Assembly: GCA_951406725.2 (NCBI GenBank)
Contig: OX597814.1
Span: forward strand, 93,372,001-93,436,000
DNA from: Octopus vulgaris
Taxonomy: Eukaryota
Direction: 5' to 3'
Length of the DNA stretch: 64,000 nucleotides
The notes beneath the pieces are model-generated. The model was given only the letters and a program-made list of their open reading frames with translations, made no database searches and had not been told where the DNA came from. This document shows positions 1-11,012 of this stretch, one piece after another; position 1 is the first letter of the stretch; each line of letters opens with the position of its first letter. Both the position numbers and the translations under genes were made by a program.

Positions 1-168
1 TATGACTGGTTTCTTTTAGTTTCCATTTACCAATCCACTCACAAAGCCTTATCTGACCCAATGCTATAGTATGAAACACTTGTTGGAGATGGCACCCTGC
101 GGAACTGAACCCAAAACCATGTGGCTGGGAATCAAATTTCCTACCACACAATCACGCCCAAACCTATA
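1..168 (-). mobile_element. SINE family A, 5' part, diverged, cut by window edge
   Basis: Reverse complement matches the head and core of the full copy at 7857-8268 (gtgtggtagg...ccacatggtt...gggttcagttcc...gagtggattggtaaatggaaact). Confidence 0.75.
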
Positions 169-260
169 CAAGTACAGCAGTGATTTTCCGGAACATTTCG
201 TTCCGGAACTTTTCGAAATTTTTCAAACCAGTTTTGGTCACCTGTAAAGCAAACAAATAT

Positions 261-598
261 GCTGAGACCTCCTTCGGTCATGACTGACCATGGGATTGCA
301 CCTAGAAAGTTACCCTCCCAGGCACAATCTGGGCAAAGTTGTTTATGGAAGACCAGCAGTCGCCCATGCATACCGGCCTCCTCTCTCCACGCCACCGATG
401 TTCCCCAAGGGAAAGGCAAAGGCCAATACAGCTTGGCACCAGTGACGTCGCAACTCATTTCTACAGCTGAGTGAACTGGAGCAACGTGAAGTAAGGTGTC
501 TTGCTCAAGACCACAACACGCAGCCCGGTCCGGGACTCGAACTCACAACCTCACGATCGTAAGTTCGACGCTCTAACCACTGAGCCATGCGCCTTCAC
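261..598 (-). mobile_element. tRNA-derived CORE-like SINE family C (tail type 1), full length
   Basis: A box TGGCTCAGTGG and B box GTTCGAGTCCC on minus strand; CORE-like gtcttgagcaagacac block; 15-bp target-site duplication aaagcaaacaaatat at 246-260 and 599-613. Confidence 0.9.
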
Positions 599-698
599 AA
601 AGCAAACAAATATATTTGCTTAATTAAATGAAATACAGGTGCGTTTTCATTTGTATAAGTTCTACAATTTTAGTTATTGTATAATGGACAAGGTAGTG

Positions 699-1021
699 AA
701 GGCACGTGGCTTAGTGGTTAGAGGTATTCGGTTCAAGATCGTAAAGTTGTGAGTTCAATTCTCTGCGGCACGTTGTGTCCTTGAACAAAACACTTTCTTT
801 TACGTTGCTCCAGTTCACTCAACTGGCAAAAAGGAGTAATAATTGTAATTCAAAGGACCAGCCTTGCCATATTCTGTGTCACGCTGAATCTCCCTGAGAA
901 CTATGTTGACGGTACGCATGTCTGTGGAGTTCTCAGCCACATGCACGTTAATTTCACGAGAAGGGCTGTTCCGCTGATCGGATCAACTGGAACCCTTGTT
1001 GTTGTAAGCAACAAAGTACCA
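699..1021 (+). mobile_element. SINE family C (tail type 2)
   Basis: Same head and core (ggcacgtggcttagtggtt...gttgctccagttcactca) but a different 3' half. Confidence 0.75.
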
Positions 1022-1159
1022 TACTGCGCAAGGTACTAGTAAACCAGTCTAGTGGCCGCGAGAATTTAAAGTTCCTACTCAGAAATTTGTGAGGTTAAGA
1101 GTTTCCGGACCATCTGTGTCCGGAAAGTTCGGTGTTGTAAATGTATGTAGAAATATCTT

Positions 1160-1418
1160 TGTTTTCCCGTCTTCCAGTCATTTGACAGTCTAGGGCACAG
1201 TCTTGAAGAATTTTAGTCGAACGAATCGATCCCAGAATTTATTTATTTTTTTGTAACGACTGGTATTTTTTCTATTGGTAACTTTCGCTGAGAGGACATA
1301 AACACACCAACACAAATTGTCAGGAGATGGCAGGGTCTAACAAAGAAACACACATACACACACGCACGTACGCGCGCGCACACACACATATATACAACGG
1401 GCTTCTTTCAGTTTCCGT
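1160..1418 (-). mobile_element. SINE family A, 3' part, diverged
   Basis: gggcttctttcagtttccgtct and gtcgaacgaatcgatcccag match family A in reverse. Confidence 0.7.
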
Positions 1419-1460
1419 CTCCAACATTCAATATCTATCTATATCAATATATATGTATCT

Positions 1461-1545
<85 letters not shown>

Positions 1546-1546
<1 letters not shown>

Positions 1547-2826
1547 TGGGCCATCACATAAATAATGCTTTTTTTAATACTCATTTTATTTTTCAAAGTT
1601 AAGATAAACAAAGTTCTTTTTTCATCTAAAATATACACTCCTCCATTTTCTACAATACTTTTCCATCTATGTAGTAGACTTGCAAGGCCCCTCTTCCAAA
1701 ATTCTCTTGTCTGTGATGAAAAATACTCCTCCAGTACTGTTCTGACCTCGTCTACAGAATTCATATTTGTTCCGCCCAAATGATTTTGAACATTGCAGAA
1801 TAAATGATAATCAGATGAGGCAATGTCCGGCGAATATCGATAGTAGGACATCGTTCCTATTCAAATTGCTCCTGCCTTAGGAATGTCATCCTTGCTGTAT
1901 GTGAGCGAGCATTATTTTGATGGAAGACCACCTTTCGTCTTGAAACCAAAGATGGTCGTTTTTCTTCGAGCGCTGACTTAAGACACTCAAGCTGCTCACA
2001 GTAGAACTCCTTTGTTATCGTTTGGTTTGGGTTTAAAAGTTCAAAGTGGACTAAACATTTCATATCTCACCAAACAGATAACAACACCTTATGTGGGTGA
2101 AGCCCTTCTTTAGCCTGTGGTGCCGGTGTTTCTCCTTTCCCTGCCCACTGTCTTCGGCGCTTGACATTTTCATAGAGAACCCATTTCTCGTCACCAGTCA
2201 CTATTCGGTCCAGAAAAGGTTCATTCGTGAGACGTGACAGCAAAGAAAAGCAAAAATTCACTTTCTGCGCGTGATTATACTTGGAAAGTTTGTGAGGAAT
2301 CCATTGATCCAATTTACTGACTTTTCCGATGGCACGCAGGTGTTGATGAACGGTTGAATGACCAAATCCGAGATTCTCTGCTAGTTCCTCAACAGTTAGG
2401 ATGGGATTTTGTTCTACCAGAGTTTGAAGGACGTCGTGTTCTACAGATCTTCTAGGACGAGGCTCGTCTTCTAGGCTGTAATTTCTGGCTCGGAATTTCT
2501 GAAACCACCGCCGACACTGGCATACGCTTATTGACCGATCCCCAAATACTGCATTAATATTCTTTACACTTTCCGTTGTGTTGTTGCCTTTATTGAACTT
2601 ATAAAGCAAAATAAACCGAATATGCACCTTTGCTACTTCCATTATAGCTTTGAAAAAATAATTGTTAAAATCGAACTGCGCTCTTGAAAATTTACACTAA
2701 GAATAAGGACAAGGTAAAATTACTACCTGCTTCTATAGCAAGTTGGTGCAGGTAGTTTATCCCGTCCCCCTTCCGACTTTTAGTTGATGCAATTGAAAAA
2801 ACCACATTATTTATGGGATGACCCAA
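1546..2826 (-). mobile_element. Full-length mariner DNA transposon (1281 bp), inactive
   Basis: TIRs ttgggccatcacataaataatg / cattatttatgggatgacccaa, TA on both sides, size typical of mariner. Confidence 0.95.
1621..2642 (-). pseudogene. Mariner (DD34D) transposase pseudogene
   Basis: ORF pieces 2067-2642, 1857-2063 and 1851 downward give WIPHKL, IVTGDEKW, FHQNNARSH (second catalytic D changed to N) and YSPDIASSDYHLF; internal stops and a frameshift. Confidence 0.93.
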
Positions 2827-2830
2827 TATA

Positions 2831-4093
2831 TTAAGTTGTTTCACATGAAATGTCGCATTTTTAATTACTTGTAACTTCAGTCATTTAAAAACTCAATTAT
2901 GTATACCTTGCATTTAATCTTGACTCTTTTTCTTTCCCCAAAAATATTGGTATACAAAATTCGTATCCACAGATTTTATGAAATTGATAACAACCAAACT
3001 ATGTTGAATGATTTTCTCGTATGAGTACAAACTGGGGCACTCTGCCGCAGAAGCTCTACGGAATATCAAGCAGGACTTTGGTAATGGTTTGGTTGAAGTC
3101 AAAACTGTTTAGAGATGGTTCCAAAGCTCTCGTTCAGGAGATGATAGCCTGGAAAATAGACCAAGGGATAGGCCAAAATCAGTTATTCAGCATGATAGAT
3201 GCTTTGGTTGAACAAAATCCGAGAATAAAGGTTCGAAAACATCTCGCACAACTGCGACACCTGTAAAAGCTGGAAAAGCCAAGAAAACGGATAGGTTTGT
3301 TCCACATCAACTGAACGAGATTAATAAATAAATAAGACAGACGCCTTGAAGTGTGCTCCTTATTGCTTTCTCGACTGGAAAAAAGACCATTTTTGCATCA
3401 AATCATTACTTGTTATGAGAAATGGATACTCTTTGACAACAGCAGGAGAACAGGACAGTGATTAGATGCAGGGGAGTCATCTAAATATACCCAAACCCAC
3501 CAGTGCACCCTAAAAAGTTAGTGGTCAGTATATGGTGATCTGCGAAGGGAGTTATTCATTCTTCGTTTTTGCAACAAGGGTAAACGGTAACAGCAACATC
3601 GTATTGCCTGGAAATTGATTGTATGCATGAGAATTTGAAAAAGAAGCAACCCAGACCAGTAAATAGAGATGGCCCAATTTTGCTCCACGACAACGCACGT
3701 CCTCACACTCTTCAAGCTACAGTCCAAAAGTTGCAAAGCCTGGATTGTGAAATTTTGCAACATCTTCCCTATTCCCCTGATATCTCTTCTACTGATCATC
3801 GCTTATTTAAGCGTTTCGAGATTTCCATAAGCAATAAAACATTGCTCCAGCATGGCCACAGTCAAATGACTGAAACAAGTGAAAGAGTAAAAAAAAAAAA
3901 ACGAGAGAGGGAAGAGGTAATTGAAGCAAAAGACGATTAAAAAAAAAAAGGAATATATGACTTAGAGAAACGTTAGGTAAACGACCTAAATGAACATTGA
4001 TCATTACCTTGATTAAATAAATCAGTTCTCCCAGACTTCTGAAACATTTTGTTGTTACCTTTCAAATACGACATTCTATGTGATACAACCTAA
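2831..4093 (+). mobile_element. Second mariner element, degraded, with a SINE-A tail insert
   Basis: TIRs ttaagttgtttcacatgaaatgtcg / cgacattctatgtgatacaacctaa with TA flanks; IITCYEKWILFDN, LLHDNARPH and HLPYSPDISSTD motifs; SINE-A tail at about 3843-3890. Confidence 0.9.
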
Positions 4094-4097
4094 TATA

Positions 4098-4514
4098 TAT
4101 TTCTTTACTACCCACAAGGGGCTAAAAATAGAGGGGACAAACAAGGACAGACAGACGGATTAAGTCGATTACATCGACCCCAGTGCGAAACTGGTACTTT
4201 ATTCATCGATCCCGAAAGGATGAAAGGCAAAGTCGACCTCGGCGGAATTTGAACTCAGAACCTAACGACAGACGAAATGCCTATTTTATTTACTGCCCAC
4301 AAGGACTAAACACAGAGGGGACAAACAAGGACAAACAAACGGATTAAGACGATTACATCGACCCCAGTGCGTAACTGGTACTTATTTAATCGACCCCGAA
4401 AGGATGAAAGGCAAAGTCGACCTCGGCGGAATTTGAACTCAGAACGTAGCGGCAGACGAAATACTGCAAAACATTTCGCCCGGCATGCTAACGATTCTGC
4501 CAGCTCGTCGCCTT
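4098..4514 (-). mobile_element. SINE family B, head-to-tail dimer
   Basis: Two copies of gaaaggatgaaaggcaaagtcgacctcggcggaatttgaactcagaac; only the right-hand unit has the 5' head. Confidence 0.9.
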
Positions 4515-4838
4515 TTAAAGCAATCTAATATAAATATATGTGTGTGTGTGTTTATGCGCACTTGGGTGTATCTATATATGTATGCGTGTGCGCGATTGTG
4601 TGTGTGCATGTGTATCTGTGTGTGTACGTATGTGTGCGTATCTCTGCATATGTCAGTGTAAAACAATCTGTTGTGCCGTATCCCTTCATATTAAAATGTA
4701 ACATAGTATTTCGATAAATAGGGTTGATAAATTCGGTACCAGACTGAAAATAAATATCATTTGAAGGCAATGCTTCAGTGTAGCCGCAGATCTTTAACTG
4801 AAACTAGTTAAATTATTATTTAATTAGTCATACAAACA

Positions 4839-4940
<102 letters not shown>

Positions 4941-5035
4941 TTCCCAGGTCCTGGTATGCGACATTTCTTGATTATTTAATCGTGGAGGACAACAGATGAT
5001 TTTCTTCTATTTCTTTGAGAGGAGAGACAGTTTCT

Positions 5036-5080
<45 letters not shown>

Positions 5081-5168
5081 GGGGAAGCTGCATGAAGAGG
5101 AGGGGGAAGAAAAAGAAGAGGGGAGGAGGAAGAGAAGAAAAAAGAAGGAAAAGAGGACGAAGAAGAAA

Positions 5169-5202
<34 letters not shown>

Positions 5203-5852
5203 AAATGAACTTTCATATGTTCAGCAGCGTGTACAAATAAGTCGCAGTCATCTAAAGGCGCATGGCTCAGTGGTTATAGCGGTGGGCTCACAATCATGAG
5301 GTAGTGAGTTCGATTCCCGGACTGGACTGTGTGTTGTGTTCGTGAGCAAGACATTTTATTTCACGTTGCTCCAGTTCACTCAGCTGTAGAAATGAGTTGT
5401 GATGTCACTGGTGCCAAGATGTATCAGGCTTTGCCTTTCCCTTGGATAACATCGGTGGCGTGGAGAGGGGAAGCTGGTATGCATGGGTAACTGCCGGTCT
5501 TCCATAAACAACTTTACCCGGAAATGTGCCTCGGAGGGTAATATTCTAGGTGCAATCTCATGGTTAGTCATGACCGAAGGTTTTTTTTTTACCTTTTACC
5601 TATCTGCATAAAAGAAATAAAAAACAAGGGATTGAAAGACTTTGGCATTGGCACCAAAACGTTGCAAATTAAAGGAATGACCTGAAGGTTACTCAAATTT
5701 TGTAGCTGCAAAATACAAAGAACTTTCCTATGTTCTGCAGCGTGTACAAATTTTTCGCAAGTCATCTGCATACAAAAAAAATCACAAGTAAGAGATTGAA
5801 AGACTTCCGCATTGGCACCAAAACGTTGCAAATTGAAAGAACGACCAGAAGT
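5203..5852. repeat. ~163-bp tandem duplication, interrupted by a SINE
   Basis: gaactttc.tatgttc.gcagcgtgtacaaat at about 5206 and 5720; gattgaaagactt..gcattggcaccaaaacgttgcaaatt at 5630 and 5793. Confidence 0.7.
5254..5590 (+). mobile_element. SINE family C (tail type 1), full length
   Basis: Colinear with the reverse complement of 261-598; A and B boxes present. Confidence 0.9.
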
Positions 5853-5858
5853 GTCTCA

Positions 5859-6253
5859 TCTCTCTATATATAAAGCTAAAGTTGTTTGTGTATGGCAGGT
5901 TTGGTAGCCTTCAACTAACACTATCTCCTCCGAGACCCTGCGGCGCAAGTTGACCAAAATTGAAAGTATGATAGAAGAAGGCTTGCCCTTCTTTCCGTAG
6001 AAGATAAAATTCAAATCGGACCATGTTAAGACCAAAAATTATTTACATCAAAAAGGTGCTTTTTTTCTATGAAAATCCATCCCTATTTTTTACGAGGTTT
6101 TGACTGCTGTGTCGCCATTTTTCGGTTTATTTCAACCAGAAAAATGTTCACTTAAAGAGAATAACAAGCGACGTAATGTAAAGTTTTACTTTTCAAAAAT
6201 TCCAATTCTAAAAGGTTGAAACAAACTCGAGCAACGCCGGGCAATACTGCTAG
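5859..6253 (+). mobile_element. Non-autonomous Helitron
   Basis: 5' a|TCtctctatatataaa, 3' GC-rich hairpin ctcgagcaacgccggg then CTAG|t; inserted between A and T with no TSD. Confidence 0.75.
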
Positions 6254-6879
6254 TTTATTCTATAAAATAAATCGGTGGCAGAAAAATACAAAGAATATAT
6301 ATATATAATTATATATAATTATATATAATACAAAGAATAGGAAGAAGAGGATGTCGTCCTGTTTGATGCCACTTTTTAAGGTTGCATTCTGTCATGTTCT
6401 CATTAAAATTGACTTTTGCTTATATTCCATTGTGAAATGATTTAATATAGACACAAAGTCATCTGTACAGTCAATTTTACAAAGAACTTGCCCCCAGAAA
6501 TATCCTATTCAAAATATCAAAAGATTTTGTTAGATTAATGAAAATCTAGACAATATCCATGTTCTACTCATAGCACATTTACATCTGTCATACTGTGAAA
6601 ATAATATCCATTATTTTTTCCTAGATCGGAATACCCACAGAGAACCAGTAAGGATATCAAATATAATATCAATACATTAATTATATATGGATAATATAGA
6701 TATAACATTCCGCACATCTTATTTCACGTGGACATAATGTAGAAAGCAGAAAGCTGCGGTATTCATCTCGAGACAGCGTCTCGTATAGATGTATATTGCC
6801 AGGAAACACAACAGAATATCGGTAACAGACGGAGAGTGTCCAACAGTAGCGGTGGAATTTCTAAATCTCGATTTCTCTT

Positions 6880-7277
6880 CCCTTGAGCGTCATCAGTAGC
6901 AAGTATCTTTTAAAAACCGCATGCTCAGACAAATTATGTCTCCACTGATATAGACAAACTGATTAAAAAATCACGGGTGTCGCAAATAGCCGTCAGGTTA
7001 GATAAAAACAGCGTCTTTGTAAGCTGTTTGAAGCATGACAACTGTTTTGGCAGAATTTCACGGAAGCACGCTGTTTCTTCGTTTGAGTCATCACAAAAAT
7101 CGACAAACAGGGAAAAACAAGGACGCACCACCTGCCAGCACGGCATGGACGACGCCGCCGGTTGGCAGACTGATGTTTGAGAGTCACATCAGAGATGACT
7201 TCTAGCGGCGGAAGCCTGAACTACAACGAATTTGTCCCACAGAGAACGCTCCCAGTTACTTTTGGGTACACCCTCGT
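6880..7277 (-). mobile_element. 5' fragment of a mariner element (cgaggg-type terminus)
   Basis: Terminus cgagggtgtacccaaaagtaac on minus strand; N-terminal remnant KQRASVKFC...MLQTAYKDA. Confidence 0.6.
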
Positions 7278-7282
7278 GTGTG

Positions 7283-7845
7283 TATATATATATAATCATT
7301 ACAGATATAGGGTTAAGAATTATTAATTTAATAAATCAATAAATTTTACCAAGTAGTTTCGATATGGAAAAGAACCGTATTCGGTAAAAACTTGTACAAA
7401 AAGTTTTTTTTATATATAATTATAACAATAATTAAGGGTTTAGCAACAAGTTGCTTCACCACATACCGAGAATTTAGAAATAGCAGCCAAAAGACCGCTA
7501 TTTCTTTTTCCTACAAAATATGTTTCCACAGATAGCAATATTTGTAACTCACGTAGGTAAAAACAAGAAAAATAATGAAATCAAACAGTCTTCGATTAAT
7601 TATGGACGCGTTTCTGGATTAGAATTATAAAAATTCATTTCCTTTGTCAACATAATATTTCGAGAATTATAAATTTAAAAATGTTAGGAAAACTTATCCT
7701 TTGCATTTCTGATCACGCACCATCAGAACATAACACAAGGTAGTCAGCATATCCAAACTTATATAGACGATTGAATTCGTATTTCCCTCCAAGTTCACCA
7801 GCAACTTGTTGCTAAATCCTTAATTATTGTTATAATTATATATAT
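7283..7845. mobile_element. (TA)n-embedded repeat, probably a Penelope-like terminal repeat with an internal inversion
   Basis: Second copy at 56121-56375; inverted segment 7414-7456 vs 7801-7845; gaaacgcgtc hammerhead-like motif on minus strand. Confidence 0.55.
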
Positions 7846-7856
7846 ATAGATATATA

Positions 7857-8268
7857 GGCGCAGGAGTGGCTGTGTGGTAAGTAGCTTGCTTACTAACCAC
7901 ATGGTTCCGGGTTCAGTCCCACTGCGTGGCATCTTGGGCTAGTGTCTTCTACTATAGCCTCGGGCCGACCAGTGCCGTGTGAGTGGATTTGGTAGACGGA
8001 AACTGAAAGAAGCCTGTCGTATATATGTATATGTATATGTATGTGTGTGTATGTTTGTGTGTCTGTGTTTGTCCCCCTAGCATTGCTTGACAACCGATGC
8101 TGGTGTGTTTACGTCCCCGTAACCTAGCGGTTCGGCAAAAGAGACCGATAGATTAAGTACTGGGCTTACAAAGAATAAGTCCCGGGGTCGATTTGCTAGA
8201 CTAAAGGCGGTGCTCCAGCATGGCCGCAGTCAAATGACTGAAACAAGTAAAAGAGAGTAAAAGAGAGT
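7857..8268 (+). mobile_element. SINE family A, full length, young
   Basis: tRNA-like head (TGGCTGTGTGG; GGTTCAGTCCC), CORE-like cttgggc.agtgtcttct, internal TA/TG microsatellite, (gagtaaaa)n tail; nearly identical to 11013-11430. Confidence 0.92.
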
Positions 8269-8329
8269 ATATGTTATTGTTATCTCGAAATTAATGAAGA
8301 TATTGCGTATGTTGGTACTCTTTGTAAAG

Positions 8330-8860
8330 AAATACTTTCACGGGTAAAGTAAGACAGTCAGATTTCTCGGCATGCAAGATGGCCACATTCCACAATGCTT
8401 TCCTAGTGATAGTTTTAGCTCTAGCATTTTATTAAAACGTTATGCATTTGAAAACATCCGCAACTTGAACAACAAGACCAGGAAGTTACTCGCTTTCACT
8501 ATTAGCTTACCACATTAACAATGACAATGATATGATCTATGTTAAACAGAAGGATGGAGGCAGAGGCAAATATAAATTCAAACAGCGTTTGAGTGTCGCT
8601 TTGTGTCACTTATATAACAACTAAACAACAGTATAGTTAGAAATATGAACATTACATGTGTTACTCATAGGTGAAAATAATATATTCTTCAATTTCCGCA
8701 ATTTCAACCAATCTCACAAGGTATATTGAATTACAGATGTTCCATGTAACACAAAGCTTGCTGGATTAACCTTCTTAAACAGAAACTTAGGCTAGGTATG
8801 CATGAGAAATACATACTAAATATTTGATCTTTAAAGAGAATCCAAGAAATTACTGCGCGT
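8330..8860 (+). mobile_element. Decayed R4/Dong-type LINE reverse transcriptase fragment
   Basis: Broken frames give HNAF..., NLNNKTRKLL and D.IYVKQKDGGRG, matching the R4-clade LD.KTRKLL...DRLY..RK.GGRGL block. Confidence 0.6.
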
Positions 8861-9214
8861 GAATTTGTTTTGAGCGGATAAAATGTTGCACACCACTGAA
8901 CCCACTTTTCAGGATAATCAACAGTTGCGCCAGTAGTACTACAGAGGTTGAGCCGACACTTTCTTTTATACGAGTTTCCTTTCTCTTACAAATTCTAACG
9001 TGAACTGGGGGCACGCCTTTCCCAGGGTTTCACATGCTAGTTGGCTATAGCTGGGACCATAAGTCCTATCACCCTGGGTCCAGAGTAGACCTGGGGACAA
9101 CAGTGACTAAGAAGTGATTCCACACCTCTCAAAACACCAGAACTCCCGTAGAAGGGCCCCACTTACGAGTGCAGTTTAAAGTTATACATACATACATGCA
9201 TACATACATACATA

Positions 9215-9427
9215 CGAGGGGTGCAAAAAGTCCCTGGCTTTGGGTAAAAGAAAATATAGAAAGATCGGTTAATTATGATTTTATTCAACGTATTACCCTC
9301 ACAGATTCACAGGCATATTGCAGCGGCCCTTCAGTTTCCTAAGCCCTGTACAAGAACTCGGAAGGTTGGACCTCCAACCAAGCCCTTCGTAATACCTTTA
9401 AAGCCAGGAACTTTCAGTATCCCCTCG
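9215..9427. mobile_element. Mariner-derived MITE (213 bp)
   Basis: TIRs cgaggggtgcaaaaagtccctggcttt / aaagccaggaactttcagtatcccctcg with TA flanks; shorter relative at 41892. Confidence 0.85.
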
Positions 9428-9439
9428 TACATATATACT

Positions 9440-9985
9440 ATTCTCGGTTCCATTTGTTGAATGCGAAAGATAATTGCCAAAAGAATCTCTTACACGAGAT
9501 TTGCAACCGCAGTTCATAATGGAACTGGTGTTCGCATTTTTCAAGACTCTTGCCAGCTATAGTATTTTCAGTGAGGAGGATTAGAGCTCCGCTGTTCATA
9601 ACAGAGGTAAACTGTGTTTATTTAAATTTTATTTACTAACTGATACACTATACCTTCTATCATACGTTGATCATGTTGATTAGACCAAGTTACTGAAGAA
9701 TGTTACGGCAGAAAGCAAAGTGGCTCTTCCACTTACTTGGAGAATTGTAAAATTGTAGGCTCTTCCAAGGTACTGTTCTTTTCTATATCATTTTTCATGA
9801 GGCATCTTTATTGACAAGCTTCGCAGTTTGTTGCACAGACGTAAACAACATTTTTGAGGACCTGGAATAAGGATGACCTATGAATTGTCTGAGAGCAAAG
9901 AGATTTATGATATGCCTTATTTAAAAAATAAAAAAAAACCTCATCTAAAAAATTAGTACGGGTTTCAATTACTAAAAAAGATAAA
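9440..9985 (-). mobile_element. Possible very old Tc1-like remnant
   Basis: Only weak similarity to the Tc1 W..VIFSDE.K.N region near 9450-9485. Confidence 0.25.
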
Positions 9986-10289
9986 GTAGTACATTTTTTT
10001 TTACTGTTTTACACTTAGATTTGTATGTAATAATATAAAATCATGTTTACGTAAATGTACTCCGCCAGTATCTGTGATAAAACCTTGTTTCATACTATAT
10101 AGACATATATTTAGAAAATTCTTATTTAAAAAATTATCGCTGGAAAGTTAACACGCTGTTGCAAATAACATGATGGATGAAAAATAATGTATTCATTCAT
10201 TGTGTCACATGCAAATTTGTTTATAGTTCTATTTATTCAACTATCATCCTCTATCAATCTGGTTGTTAATCTTTATATGGTAACGGTCT

Positions 10290-10710
10290 CAAAGTTTTGC
10301 ACAAGGCTAGTAATTTCAGGGGAGGGGTTAAGTCGATTGCATCAATCCCAGTGCTTGACTGGTATTTATATTATCGACCTCGAAAGGATGAAAGGCAAAG
10401 TCGACCCGGCGGAATTTAAGCTCAGTCTGCCGCTACGTTCTGAGTTCAAATTCCGCCGAGGTCGACTTTGCCATTCATCCTTTCGAGGTCGATAAATTAA
10501 GTACCAGTTACGCACTAAGGTCGATGTAATCGACTTAATCTGCTTGTCTGTCCTTGTTTGTCCCCTCAGGTATTTATATTATCGACCCCAAAAGCATGAA
10601 AAGCAAAGTCGACCTCGGCGGTATTTGTTCTTAGAATATAAAGACGGACAAAATGCCGCTAAGCATTTATCTGACGTACGAACGATTCTGTCAGTTCACC
10701 GTCTTAATTT
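10290..10710. mobile_element. SINE family B cluster in alternating orientation (-,+,-)
   Basis: B body on minus at 10290-10424, plus at 10427-10566, minus at 10570-10710. Confidence 0.85.
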
Positions 10711-11012
10711 TTATTTAACAATAATCATGAAGTCTCTCGATCTGTCATACAGCTTCCGGTTAGGTTCCCATCTGCCCATCTTTCTTATCCTCTCACCCTT
10801 CATGTATGTATATAAACTCGCGCACACATATACACAAAGGCAGATACAACACAATTTTCCGAACTTTTGTCGGTCTCTTACTAAACTGTTAATGATTCTC
10901 AAAACCATCGTCGAAAATATTTAGTTAAAGTTTCAACATATTATTATTGAAAACAAAAATTGGTTATTTGTAAAGAAATAGCGAATTACAAAGAATAAAT
11001 GAAAAATATATA

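Larger units (their letters stand above)
175..1137. mobile_element. Old pogo/Tigger-like MITE, interrupted by two SINEs
   Basis: Imperfect terminal inverted repeats ta|cagcagtgattttccggaacatttcgttccggaact and agtttccggaccatctgtgtccggaaagttcggtgttg|ta, TA-flanked. Confidence 0.4.

Noticed and set aside
2067-2642. 191-aa ORF as an active or domesticated (SETMAR-like) transposase
   Set aside because: Premature stop, frameshift, catalytic D changed to N, TIRs still present and no SET domain.
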